Shown piece after piece: positions 51,257-61,178 of a stretch of DNA of 64,000 nucleotides (positions are counted from its first letter, which is position 1; each line of letters starts with the position of its first letter). This DNA is from an uncultured Candidatus Rokubacteria bacterium (GTDB lineage Bacteria > Methylomirabilota > Methylomirabilia > Rokubacteriales > CSP1-6): positions 1 to 64,000 of the forward strand of contig CAVWFS010000015.1 of the NCBI GenBank assembly GCA_963754315.1. The letters are read 5' to 3'. Under the pieces are notes generated by a model that did no database searches, was not told the DNA's origin, and saw only the letters and a list, made by a program, of their open reading frames with translations. Both the position numbers and the translations under genes were made by a program.

Positions 51257-52024
51257 TTACGCCAGGCCGTCCAGGAAGGCCAGCAGCACGCGATTGAAGG
51301 CCGCCGGCTGGTCGAGGTTCGACGAGTGGCCGGCATCCTTGATGACCTCCAGCCGCGCGCCGGGAATCTTCTTGGCCATGTACTCGCACGAGGCGATGAA
51401 CGGCGTGTCCTGGTCGCCGACGATGACCAGGGCCGGCACACGCACAGTCGGCAACGCGTCGATGATGCTCGAGTCCGCCTGGCTGAGCATGCCGCGGGCG
51501 GCGTGCGCCAGCCCTTGCGCCGAGCGGTGACGCCGGACAGCCTCGCGCATGTCGCGGCTTCCGCTCGCGAGGGCCTCCAGACCCCGTGCCTCGAGATCGG
51601 CCGCCCGCGCCTGCGCGCGCTGGTTCCACTCGGCGCGGGCGCTCGCATTGCGATAGCCCGGCCCCGAATCGCAGATGACCAGGGCCCTCACCATCTCCGG
51701 ATGCTTCGCGTAGAAGGCGAGAGACATGGTGCCGCCGAGCGAGAGGCCGCCGATCACGGCTCGCTCGACTCCGAGGTGGCTGAGCAGCCCATGCATGTCG
51801 CCCACGGTCAATGCATGCGAGTACTGGGCAGGATCGGCTGGGCTCTCCGTCTCACCGTGGCCGCGCATATCCCAGGTGATGAGACGATAGCGAGAGGCCA
51901 AAGCCTCGTGCTGGTCGGCCCAGGCGCGACCGGTCGACGAGTAGCCGTGGGTGAGCAGCACCGCTGGGCCGCTTCCGCTGACCTCGTAGTGAAGGCTGAT
52001 GCCGTTGATGCGGGCACTCGTCAT
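51257..52024 (-). CDS. alpha/beta hydrolase
   Basis: THG, GLSLGG, GDQD, AGH. Confidence 0.92.
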   Translation of the reverse strand: MTSARINGISLHYEVSGSGPAVLLTHGYSSTGRAWADQHEALASRYRLITWDMRGHGETESPADPAQYSHALTVGDMHGLLSHLGVERAVIGGLSLGGTMSLAFYAKHPEMVRALVICDSGPGYRNASARAEWNQRAQARAADLEARGLEALASGSRDMREAVRRHRSAQGLAHAARGMLSQADSSIIDALPTVRVPALVIVGDQDTPFIASCEYMAKKIPGARLEVIKDAGHSSNLDQPAAFNRVLLAFLDGLA

Positions 52025-52048
52025 CGGCGTCTCCCAGCGGAAGTCATC

Positions 52049-53023
52049 TCAGTCTCCCAGGGGGAGATAGTAACGGTTGCCCGCCTTGGTCCAGTCGCCA
52101 CGCATGGCGCGGAACTCCGCCCCCATGGGATCAAGACCGCGCATCGGCATGGTACCGCGTCGGAGCATGAAGTCGTGCGGTGCCAGTTCCCCAGCTTTGA
52201 CGAAGTGGCGGCCGGCCGCCTCGGGGCGTCCGCGCTCGTGGAGCCATTGGCCGAGACCGAACTCCGCGCGGGCAAGTTGATCGCTGGCCGATGGCAGCTT
52301 CTGGAGCGCCCGCGTCTGCGTCTCCCCCAGGGGGGCCAGCTCGCCGCGCACCCACCCGCGCAGCAACCCCAAGTGCTTCGCTGCCTCGATGCCGGTGATG
52401 TGGCGGAAGGTGTCCGTACCAAAGGCCACGTCGTTGGGGCGCACGACGCGCCCGCCTTCATCTATCCAGACCACCGTGGGCACATTCACCATGTTGTAGA
52501 GGTCAGCCACGAGGTGCCGGGTATCGACCAGAGCCGGATGCGTCGGCCGAGCGGCTTCGATCCACGGCCGGGCGGCCTCCGCGCTGCGGTCCACGGCTAC
52601 CGTGAGAACCACGAAGCGGTGCTCCTGCAGTTCCTCGTAGATGGCCTGCCAGACTGGCAGGTCAAGGCGACACCCTCACCATGATCCCCAGGCGACCATG
52701 AAGACCTTTCTCCCACGCTGCTCCGCCAGGGAATGCTGGTGTCCCTCGAGATCGGGCAAGGTGAAGTTCGGGGCTTGCAAGGAAGCCAGGCGAGCCGCCC
52801 GCTCACGCGCCGAGACGCCGAGAAAGGCCATCCGTTCCTCGACGTCGACGGCAAGCGGTCGGTCGAGGGTCGTCGCTATCGCTTCGAGGTCTGATTCCAG
52901 CGTCAGATTGCTGCCGAGCGCGGCCCAGGCGCTGTCGGGCACGAGGCGCGCACGTCCATCGACCACGCGCGCCGGCCCCTCCACTGCGAGGCCGTCGATC
53001 ATGAGAGTGAACGTCGCCATCAT
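52049..53023 (-). CDS. ResA/TlpA-like redoxin, probable selenoprotein (UGA at 52678-52676, WGSW-U-GC)
   Basis: APNFTLPDLEG...VAWGSW-TGA-GCRLDLPVWQAIYEEL...NVPTVVWIDE in frame. Confidence 0.88.
52645..52661 (-). other. bacterial SECIS-like hairpin
   Basis: CCUGCCA-GUC-UGGCAGG perfect stem; G-first loop begins 21 nt after UGA. Confidence 0.6.
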
Positions 53024-53802
53024 GACGCGGAGGCGCCCATATGCCGAGCGACCTCGATATCCTTGCTCTGGTCGCGCGTTCTGGTGGGACTGATGATCAT
53101 CTCCTCGATCACCGTGCGGGGAGGCAACGTCACCGCGAGCAGAATCGCGCTCGCGACATCCTCGGGCTGCATCATGGTCGAGCGGGCGGCCGCGTCCGGA
53201 GGCAACGGTCGGTTGTCCAGGATGGGTGTATCGACTTCGGCCGGCATGATGACCGTGGCGCGGATGCCCTGGTCGCGCAGCACGGTGTGAACATGGCCCA
53301 TCAGGTTGTTGGCCGCGGCCTTGGCAGCGCCGTAGGGCGCCCCGCCGATCAGGCCGGGTTTGATGGCCGCCAGGGACGATACCGTCACGATGGTGCCGCC
53401 GCCCCGGGCGATCATGCCAGGCAACACGGCCTGGGTGAGCGCGTAGACGGCAGTGAGGTTCACACCCATCACCGCTTCCCACTGATCTTGGGGCACCCAT
53501 CGGACGTTGCGGGCCCGGCTGGAGAAGCCCGCGTTGTTGATCAGCACGTCGACCTTGCCACAGGTCTCGAGCGTCCAGTTGACCAGTCCTGTCGCATCCT
53601 GGTACTTGGCAACGTCGCACGCCCGCACGTGAACCTTGCCGCCCACGCCCTGGATTTCCTTGGCGACCCGCTCCAGCGGATCCCGGCGCCGGCCTGCAAT
53701 CACGACTTGCGCACCCTCCGCGGCCAGCATCTTGGCCGTGGCCTGGCCGATGCCGCTCCCCCCGCCCGTCACTATCGCAACCTGCCCGTCGAGTTTTGTC
53801 AT
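53020..53802 (-). CDS. SDR oxidoreductase
   Basis: TGGGSGIG, NNAG, YGAAK; ATGA overlap with the redoxin. Confidence 0.92.
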   Translation of the reverse strand: MTKLDGQVAIVTGGGSGIGQATAKMLAAEGAQVVIAGRRRDPLERVAKEIQGVGGKVHVRACDVAKYQDATGLVNWTLETCGKVDVLINNAGFSSRARNVRWVPQDQWEAVMGVNLTAVYALTQAVLPGMIARGGGTIVTVSSLAAIKPGLIGGAPYGAAKAAANNLMGHVHTVLRDQGIRATVIMPAEVDTPILDNRPLPPDAAARSTMMQPEDVASAILLAVTLPPRTVIEEMIISPTRTRDQSKDIEVARHMGASAS

Positions 53803-53812
53803 TTATTTGGAG

Positions 53813-54070
53813 AGGGGGGCCTCGACAGGGCCCCCCTGGCCCCCCTTCGCTCGGAGACGCCCCGGGTAACCCGGGGCGCCCCTCGGTCTGACTCTTGGAA
53901 GGGGGGCCTCGACAGGGCCCCCCTGACCCCCCTCGCTCGGAGACGCCCCGGGTAACCCGGGCGCCCCTCGGTCTCACGCTCGGCCTGGGGGCCTCGACAG
54001 GGCCCCCTGGCCCCTCGCTCGGAGACGCCCCGGTACCGGGGCCCCTCGGTCTCACGCTCTGGGCCTCGAA
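53813..54070. repeat. three tandem ~86-bp GC-rich REP-like double-hairpin units
   Basis: GGGGGCCTCGACAGGGCCCCC...CGCTCGGAGACGCCCCGGGTAACCCGGGGCG...CTCGGTCT at about 53815, 53902 and 53986. Confidence 0.85.
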
Positions 54071-54156
54071 CTGCTCCGGCGAGAAAGCATAGCTCAAAGA
54101 TGAGCCGGTTGGCTTGGCATCAATGGCAGGGCGCCGGTCTCGCCGGGTTGCGCCTC

Positions 54157-54801
54157 TCATTGCCAGGCCCACACCGGTTGCTCGAGGTCGTGCACGCGCG
54201 TCGAGCGGCCGTGCATCACCACCTCGCGCATCTGATAGACAACGGCTGCCGTGGGCGCGTGGACCAAGGTACCCAGAATGGGCAGCTGGATCACTGGCCG
54301 GTCACTCTCGGGAATCGCGATCAGGCGGGGGACGTCGGGATGGTCGAGATCGTCGAGGGGGACGTGGTGAATGCTGGCCACTTCAGCCGGATCGGCCGCG
54401 AGCTGGACGTCTCCTGGCGCCCAGACGACCACCGGCGTGATGACGAAGCCCGAGCGCGTGCCGTAGTCATCGAGCAGTCCCAGCACCGCACCCTCGTCCA
54501 GAACGAGCCCGACTTCCTCGCCGAGCTCGCGGATTGCCGCCTGCTCGGCACTCTCGCCAGCCTCGACGCGACCCCCCGGAAGAGCCCATTGGCGCCTGTG
54601 GGTCCGCAAGGTTTCCGCCCGCCGTGTGATGAGAAAGCATGCACGTCCTTCGGCGTCGGGAAGAAGAACAACCGCCACTGCCGCAGGCCGTCGGCCATCG
54701 ACGGGCACGGACCGACGATCGAAGGACGCCAGATGGCCGCGGGCCCGCGCGAGGAGCGCGCCGTCAAAGGGGTAGCTCGACACCCACCAAGCATCGCTCA
54801 T
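54157..54801 (-). CDS. Nudix CoA pyrophosphatase
   Basis: WALPGGRVEAGE...AAIRELGEEVGL, SGFVITPVV. Confidence 0.9.
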   Translation of the reverse strand: MSDAWWVSSYPFDGALLARARGHLASFDRRSVPVDGRRPAAVAVVLLPDAEGRACFLITRRAETLRTHRRQWALPGGRVEAGESAEQAAIRELGEEVGLVLDEGAVLGLLDDYGTRSGFVITPVVVWAPGDVQLAADPAEVASIHHVPLDDLDHPDVPRLIAIPESDRPVIQLPILGTLVHAPTAAVVYQMREVVMHGRSTRVHDLEQPVWAWQ

Positions 54802-54830
54802 TTCGAGATTGGTCTGCTAAACTCTCTGCT

Positions 54831-55097
54831 GTGAATCCCCGCCATCTGCGCGACTTTCTTCAGCGGGACTGGGAAACCGCGGCCACGCGCAAGCGTGAGC
54901 ACTGGGTGCGCGAGTTCCAGGCGGGTGGCTCCGTGGTCACCCTCGAGGTTTCGGCAGCGCTGTCGCACCACATGCGCGCCGTTCGGCCCGACTGGCCAAC
55001 CCCGGAACAGCGTCAAGCGGACCTCGGCCACCACATCGCCCTCAAGCGTGCCATCGATCGCGCCGCGCGTGTCTTCGTCGGCGTCGCCCCTCGCTGA
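54831..55097 (+). CDS. small hypothetical protein overlapping the nucleotidyltransferase
   Basis: GTG 7 nt after TAAACT; RDW...VRPDWPTPEQRQADL; fills the gap between genes. Confidence 0.6.
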   Translation: MNPRHLRDFLQRDWETAATRKREHWVREFQAGGSVVTLEVSAALSHHMRAVRPDWPTPEQRQADLGHHIALKRAIDRAARVFVGVAPR

Positions 55098-55659
55098 TCT
55101 CCTCGCGGATCTCGACCGCGCCCTCACCGCTCTCGGTATTCGCTGGTATCTCTTCGGAGCCCAGGCGGCGATTCTCTACGGCGTCGTCCGCCTGACGGCA
55201 GACGTCGACGTCACCGTCGACGCCGGATCGCTGGCGAATGCGGACCTTGTCGCGCACCTCGGCGGCCGGGGCTTCGAGCTACGCGTTCCCGATGCGGGAG
55301 CGTTCGTCGAGAAGACGCGTGTCCTCCCCCTGGTACACGCCAAGAGCCGAATTCCCGTGGATGTCGTGCTGGCCGGGCCCGGACTCGAGGAACTCTTCTT
55401 CAGCCGCGTCGAAGAGCGGAACGTCGGGGGGGTTCGAATTCCCGTGGCGGCCGCCGAGGACATCGTCACCATGAAGGTGCTCGCCGGACGCCTGAAAGAT
55501 CTCGACGACGTCGTGTCGATTCTCCGAGCGTGCTCGCTCGATGCGGAGCGTGTTCGATCGACGCTCAGGCTCCTGGAGCAGGCGCTCGACCGTCGTGATC
55601 TGCTCGACGAGTTCGAGCGCCTCCTTCGCCAGGCCAGCGGCCAGCGCCAGTCTCAGTAG
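55069..55659 (+). CDS. nucleotidyltransferase (DUF6036/AbiEii-like)
   Basis: FGAQA...RLTADVD, AEDIVTMKVLAGRLKDLDDV. Confidence 0.82.
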   Translation: MSSSASPLADLLADLDRALTALGIRWYLFGAQAAILYGVVRLTADVDVTVDAGSLANADLVAHLGGRGFELRVPDAGAFVEKTRVLPLVHAKSRIPVDVVLAGPGLEELFFSRVEERNVGGVRIPVAAAEDIVTMKVLAGRLKDLDDVVSILRACSLDAERVRSTLRLLEQALDRRDLLDEFERLLRQASGQRQSQ

Positions 55660-56441
55660 GCGGGAAGTTTGCCGCCCTTGGCCGACTTCTTGACCGCGCC
55701 TGCTTCCTCCGCGGCGCGAGCAGCCATGAAGCGGCTATCGCTGGCCAACGTGAGGAACTGATAGCCCGCCTCCTTCATCTTCAGCGCGTACCCTGACGTG
55801 GCGTTGTGAATACCCGCGACCACGCCGTGACGCTTGCACGCCGCCACGATCTTCTCCTGAGCCTCCACCACCGGCGGATCGGTCTGATCAAGCCTCGGCT
55901 TGCAGCCCAGCGCCAAGCTCAGGTCGGCGGGCCCGACGTAGACCGCATCGACTCCTGGTGTGCTGAGTATGTCGTCGAGGTTCTTGAGGGCCTCTGCCGT
56001 TTCGATCATCGGCATGACGATCAGCTCGTTGTTGGCGTGCTCGGCATAGTCGGCGCCGGCATAGATCGATGCGCGCACGGGACCGAAGCTGCGATATCCC
56101 CGCGGAGGATACTTGCAGGCGCGGACGAGGGCTTCCGCCTCGGCCCGGTTGTTGATCATGGGGCAAATGACTCCGTAGGCGCCGGCATCCAGAATTTTCA
56201 TGACGTAAGCCGGATCGTTCCAGGGGACGCGGGCGAGGGGGACGACGGACGTGGTGGAGATGGCGGCCAGCATGCTCGCCGCCGCCTGGTAGTCGACGAC
56301 GCCGTGCTGCATGTCGATGACGAGCGAATCGAATCCCTGATGCGCCATCACCTCGGCCGAGAAGGCGCTCGGGATCGACAACCAGCCGTTGACCGCGGCT
56401 CCCCCCTGGGCCCACAGCTTCTTCAGTGCGTTCTCTCTCAC
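55653..56441 (-). CDS. HpcH/HpaI aldolase family
   Basis: IDMQHG, LDAGAYGVICPM, MIET, YVGPADLS. Confidence 0.92.
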   Translation of the reverse strand: MRENALKKLWAQGGAAVNGWLSIPSAFSAEVMAHQGFDSLVIDMQHGVVDYQAAASMLAAISTTSVVPLARVPWNDPAYVMKILDAGAYGVICPMINNRAEAEALVRACKYPPRGYRSFGPVRASIYAGADYAEHANNELIVMPMIETAEALKNLDDILSTPGVDAVYVGPADLSLALGCKPRLDQTDPPVVEAQEKIVAACKRHGVVAGIHNATSGYALKMKEAGYQFLTLASDSRFMAARAAEEAGAVKKSAKGGKLPAY

Positions 56442-56485
56442 GGGGTGCTCCTTTGCGTGGCTAAGTACGATCGGCCGATTCTATC

Positions 56486-57863
56486 TCAGGAGCCGCCGGA
56501 CCAGGCCTGGTAGCCGCCGACGAGGTCGACCACGTCGGAAAAGCCCGCCTGCTCGAGCAGACTCGCAGCCGTCGACGATCTGATGCCCGACTGGCAATAC
56601 ACGGCCACGGGGCGCTGGCGGGGAACCTCCCCGAGCCGCTCCCCAAGCTGATCGAGCGGGATGCCAATGCTCCCGGGGATGAACGCTCCCGTCCGTTCCC
56701 CGGGGAAGCGGACGTCGACGAGGGTGAGCGGCTCGGCCCTGAGCCGCGCTGCCAGCTCGGCAGCAGTGACGCGCCGGCCCTGTCGGAGCACGTCGGGACG
56801 ACCCTGTGCCGCGGCGATCCCTCCGTCGAGATACCCCAGCACGTTGTCGAAGCCGATCCGCCCCAGTCTCAGAGCCGCCTCCTCGTCGCTTCCGGGGACA
56901 GCTACCACCACAATAGGCCGGGTGGGCGTCAGAAGTTCGCCCACCCAGGAGGCGAAGCGCCCCTTCAGGCTGACGTTCGTGCTGCCGACCAGATGGCTCG
57001 CCGCGTAGTCGTCAGGATCGCGCACGTCGAGGATCTGGGCTCCTTCCCGCTGGACGCGCAAGACGACGTCGAGAGAAAGAGGCTTGAGCTCGCGGGCGAG
57101 AGCCGCCTCCAAGGTCGGCCGCGCGCGGCGGTTCAGCTTGGCATCGAGGCCGAAGTATGCCGGCGCTTTGGGCTGGTCGTGGGTCACCAACGCGACGAAG
57201 GCGTCCTTGCTCATGGGCTGAAGCGCATAGTTCTCCCGTCGCTGGGCGCCCATGGTGGATACCGTCTCCGAGCTGAGGTTCTTGCCACAGGCCGAGCCGG
57301 CTCCATGTCCCGGATAGACCAGGGTGTCGTCGGGGAGCCGCAGGAGCTTCTGATGGATGGAGTCGTAGAGCTGGTCGGCCAATCGCTCGGCGCTCGTCCC
57401 CTCGGAGGCCATGAGGTCGGGTCGCCCCACGTCGCCGATGAAGAGCGTATCGCCAGTGAGCACCGCCCGGGGGCGCGCGCGGTCGTGAGCAAGATCGTAG
57501 ACAAGGATGGAGATGGCTTCCGGCGTGTGCCCGGGGGTCTCCAGGATCTCCAGGCGCACCTGGCCGAACTCGAGGACATTGCCGTCGGCAAGCGGAGAGA
57601 ACTCGTACTCCGCGCTGGCCCCCGCCCCCAGGTGAATGCGCGCCCCTACTCGCTCGCGCAGTTCCAGGTGACCGGCCACGAAGTCCGCATGGAAGTGGGT
57701 CAGGATGACGTGCTCAATGCGGAGCCCCTCGGCTAGCGGCATCCTCCAGGTATTCTTCCACATCGCGTCGAGGGTCGACGACAACGGCCGTGCGCGTGAC
57801 CTCGTCGCCGATCAGGTAGGACGCCTGCGAGAGACACCCGAGGTAGTACTGCTTGAAGATCAT
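56486..57863 (-). CDS. MBL-fold persulfide dioxygenase fused to two rhodanese domains, frameshift near 57735
   Basis: CLSQASYLI, THFHADF, TPGHTPE, PGHGAGSACG, YCQSGIRS. Confidence 0.9.
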
Positions 57864-58039
57864 GCGTGGCCTCCCCATGGCCGTGCTGGCCCTGTCAATC
57901 GTAGCTCAGAACGGGATCGCCCAGCGTGATTGACTTGGCTTGACGCCCCTCCTATGATGCCGCACCAGATCGCTGATCCTGACCGCCGCGGTGCGTGCGA
58001 CCGGTCAGATCGGCGACCATGCGTGACAAGGAGGCCACT

Positions 58040-59251
58040 ATGGATCGTCGTTCCTTCCTCGGCACCGCCACTGTCACCGCCGCCACGCTCGCGTTCCCGG
58101 CGATCCTGCGGGCCCAGGGCGGAGGGTCGATCAAGATCGGGTTCCCGCTCCCGCTCACCGGGCCCTTCGGCGCCATCGCCACCGACCAGCAGCGCGGGGC
58201 GATCCTTGCCATGGAACAGGTGAACGCGCGAGGAGGCGTCCTCGGGCGCCAGGTCGAGGTCCTCTTCCGCGACGATCAGCTCAAGCCGGCGGTGGGGGCA
58301 CAGCGAACGAAAGAGCTGATCGAGAACGAGAAGGTCGACTTCATCGTCGGCGGGCTGGCCGCCCACGTCCAGATGGCCATCAACGAGCAGGCCAAGGCCG
58401 CTGGAAAGATGTTCATCTCCATCAGCCAGTCCGACGAGATCAGCGCGAAGCCGGACTCGGGCCCGCTGACCTTCCACGAGGCGCTGAACCCCACCATCAC
58501 CGGGCGAGCCGTGGGCGGGTGGGGCGTGAAGAATCTCGGAAAAGCCTGGTGGATCGTCTACGCGGACTACGCGTGGGGAAAGCAAAACGACGCGGTGTTC
58601 ACGTCGGTGGTCGAGAAGGCGGGGGGCAAGGTGCTCGGCCACACGCCGTATCCGCTCGGGAAGCCCGAGTTCTCCACGCACATCCCGAAGATCCTGGCCG
58701 CCAAGCCCGAGGTCGTCCTGGCCGCCGCCCCGGGCACCGACAGTGTGGCCTTCGCCAAGCAGGCCATCAGCTTCGGCCTCAAGAAGCAGACCAAGTTGAT
58801 GATGCCACTGCACTTCGTGTACTTCGCCAAGGAGGGCGGCGCCGATCTGTTCGCGGATGTCTACGCGGGTACCAGCTTCTACTGGGAGCTCGAGAGCACG
58901 ATCCCGCAGGCCAAGAAGTACGTCGAGGCGTTCCAGAAACGCTTCAAGGAAACACCCGACTCCTATAGTGGTTACGGCTACAGCGGGATCATGGAGGTCG
59001 TGCGCGGGGTCGAGCTGGCCAAGTCCACCAACTCGGACGCGGTCGCCACTGCCCTGCTCAACAACCCGATCTACGATCACTACAAGGGCAAGGAGTGGTG
59101 GCGAAAGTGTGACCGCAAGGCCTTCCAGGACCTCTGGATCGTCAAGGGAGTCTCGCCGGCCAGGGGAGAATGGGGGTACTACGACATCACCGCCAAGATC
59201 CCGGCCGACGAGGTACTCGACCGGACGTGCGCCGAGAAGGGGTACGCGTAG
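58040..59251 (+). CDS. branched-chain-type ABC substrate-binding protein (Tat signal)
   Basis: MDRRSFLG, IKIGFPLPLTG, NARGGVLGR, ADYAWG. Confidence 0.92.
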   Translation: MDRRSFLGTATVTAATLAFPAILRAQGGGSIKIGFPLPLTGPFGAIATDQQRGAILAMEQVNARGGVLGRQVEVLFRDDQLKPAVGAQRTKELIENEKVDFIVGGLAAHVQMAINEQAKAAGKMFISISQSDEISAKPDSGPLTFHEALNPTITGRAVGGWGVKNLGKAWWIVYADYAWGKQNDAVFTSVVEKAGGKVLGHTPYPLGKPEFSTHIPKILAAKPEVVLAAAPGTDSVAFAKQAISFGLKKQTKLMMPLHFVYFAKEGGADLFADVYAGTSFYWELESTIPQAKKYVEAFQKRFKETPDSYSGYGYSGIMEVVRGVELAKSTNSDAVATALLNNPIYDHYKGKEWWRKCDRKAFQDLWIVKGVSPARGEWGYYDITAKIPADEVLDRTCAEKGYA

Positions 59252-59256
59252 CGCCG

Positions 59257-60141
59257 GTGGCCGACTTCTCGCTGCAAACTCTGGCGGCACAGGCCTTCAC
59301 GGGCCTGGTCCTCGGCGGGATCCTCGTCCTGCTCGCGACCGGGCTCTCGCTCATCTTCGGGCTCATGGCCGTGGTGAACTTCTCCCACGGCTCGCTCTAC
59401 ATGCTGGGGGCGTACTTCGGCTTTTTCCTGCTCACGTTCACCAAGAGCTTCTGGGTCGCGCTCATTGGCGCCCCACTCCTGGTGGGTATCTTCGGGCTCT
59501 TCATGGAGCGGTTCCTCGTGCGTCCCCTCTACGGTCGGAGCCCGGACGATCCGTTGCTCCTGACCTTCGGGCTCTCGCTGGTCCTCGTCGAAGTCGTGAA
59601 GGTGATCTGGGGACGCGTCGGGCTCACCCTCGACCCGCCCCCCGCCCTCGCGGGCGGGATAGATCTGGGCTTCATGGTCTTCCCCACCTACCGCCTGTTC
59701 ATCCTCGCCGTCACGGCTCTCGCGCTGCTGGGACTGTGGCTGTTTCTCGAGCGCACCAACATCGGGCTCATCGTCCGCGCCGGCACTCGCGATCCAGTGA
59801 TGGTGCGTGCCTTGGGGTTTGACCTCGGCCGCGTATGGTTTCTCATCTTCGGTCTCGGGGTCGCCATGGCGGGCCTGGCCGGAGTCCTCGCGGGGCCATT
59901 GCGGGGTGTCTACGCCGAGATGGGCTTCGAGATGATCATCGAGTGCTTCGTGGTCGTGGTGGTGGGCGGCATGGGGAGCCTGGTGGGAGCGATCGTGGCG
60001 GGGCTCCTCATCGGCGAGATCGTCAGCCTCACGACCTTCTTCGCCCCCAAGGCGTCGGAATTGGTGATCTTCATCGTGATGGCGGTTGTTCTGCTCGTCC
60101 GCCCCAGCGGGCTCTTCGGCGAGCCCGGGCTGGCCGAGTGA
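59257..60141 (+). CDS. LivH-like permease
   Basis: GLSLIFG..VVNFSHG, VVVVGGMGS, RPSGLFG. Confidence 0.92.
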   Translation: MADFSLQTLAAQAFTGLVLGGILVLLATGLSLIFGLMAVVNFSHGSLYMLGAYFGFFLLTFTKSFWVALIGAPLLVGIFGLFMERFLVRPLYGRSPDDPLLLTFGLSLVLVEVVKVIWGRVGLTLDPPPALAGGIDLGFMVFPTYRLFILAVTALALLGLWLFLERTNIGLIVRAGTRDPVMVRALGFDLGRVWFLIFGLGVAMAGLAGVLAGPLRGVYAEMGFEMIIECFVVVVVGGMGSLVGAIVAGLLIGEIVSLTTFFAPKASELVIFIVMAVVLLVRPSGLFGEPGLAE

Positions 60142-61109
60142 TGAAAGGGGCCGTGGGCGCGGTGACCCGAACGATCGCGGCCCATCCCGTGCTCTCCATC
60201 GTGATCTTCTTTGCGATCCTGCCCTTCCTGGTGCCCTACCGCTCGCTGGCCACCCAGGTGCTCGTCTACGGTCTCTTCGCCCTCGGCTTCAATCTGCTCT
60301 ACGGCTACACGGGAATCCTGTCCTTCGGACACGCCGCCTTCTGGGGGCTCGGAGCCTACGGCACCGGCATCACGCTCGCCAAGCTCGGGGTGAAGTCGCT
60401 GTGGCTGGGGATGCTCGCTGGCCTCGGCAGCGCGGTGCTGGCAGGGGCCATCGTGGGTGCCTTTTGCCTGCGGCGCCGCGGCATCTACTTCGCCATGCTC
60501 ACCCTGGCCTTCTCGCAGGTCTTCTACTTCGCGGCGTTTCACATGGCGGATCTGACGGGCGGAGACGACGGGCTGCGAGGTATTCCGAAGCTCCCCCTGG
60601 GTTTCTTCGGGTTTGAGATTCCCCTCGACAAACCCATCGCCTTTCATTACTTCGCCCTGGCGTGGGCGGCTCTGGCCGTGGGCGGACTTCGGCGCCTTCT
60701 CGATTCGCCCTTCGGGGCCGTCCTGAGAGCCATCCGGGAGAACAGCGACCGGGCAACCGCGTGCGGCTATGACGTCGCCCGGCTCAAGCTCCTGTCGTTC
60801 GTCTTCTCGGCACTGATCGCGGGCCTGGCTGGCGCGCTGGACGCACTTCGCCTGACGATCGTGCCCGTGGAAGCGCTCAACTGGGCGACCTCGGGCCAGG
60901 CCGTCATCATGACCTTGCTCGGTGGGGGCGGTACGTTCTTCGGCCCGTTCGTCGGCGCCGCCACCTTCCTCGTCCTGGAAGATCGGCTGAGTGTCTTCCT
61001 GGAGTGGTGGCAGATCGTCATCGGGCTGATCTTCATGGCCTTCGTCCTGTTCCTGCCCAAGGGAATCTGGGGCACCCTGCTCGATCGCCTCTCCCGCGAG
61101 ACCACCTGA
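60141..61109 (+). CDS. LivM-like permease
   Basis: GYTGILSFGH, YFAMLTLAF, TGGDDG, AIREN. Confidence 0.92.
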   Translation: MKGAVGAVTRTIAAHPVLSIVIFFAILPFLVPYRSLATQVLVYGLFALGFNLLYGYTGILSFGHAAFWGLGAYGTGITLAKLGVKSLWLGMLAGLGSAVLAGAIVGAFCLRRRGIYFAMLTLAFSQVFYFAAFHMADLTGGDDGLRGIPKLPLGFFGFEIPLDKPIAFHYFALAWAALAVGGLRRLLDSPFGAVLRAIRENSDRATACGYDVARLKLLSFVFSALIAGLAGALDALRLTIVPVEALNWATSGQAVIMTLLGGGGTFFGPFVGAATFLVLEDRLSVFLEWWQIVIGLIFMAFVLFLPKGIWGTLLDRLSRETT

Positions 61110-61178
61110 TCAGACCCCTCCCTCGCGGTGCGCCTGCCCGATCAGGCGCTCATTCTGGACACCGACGGTGGTCCGCGC

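Noticed and set aside
53813..54070. CRISPR array
   Set aside because: Units are tandem with no unique spacers, and there are no cas genes.
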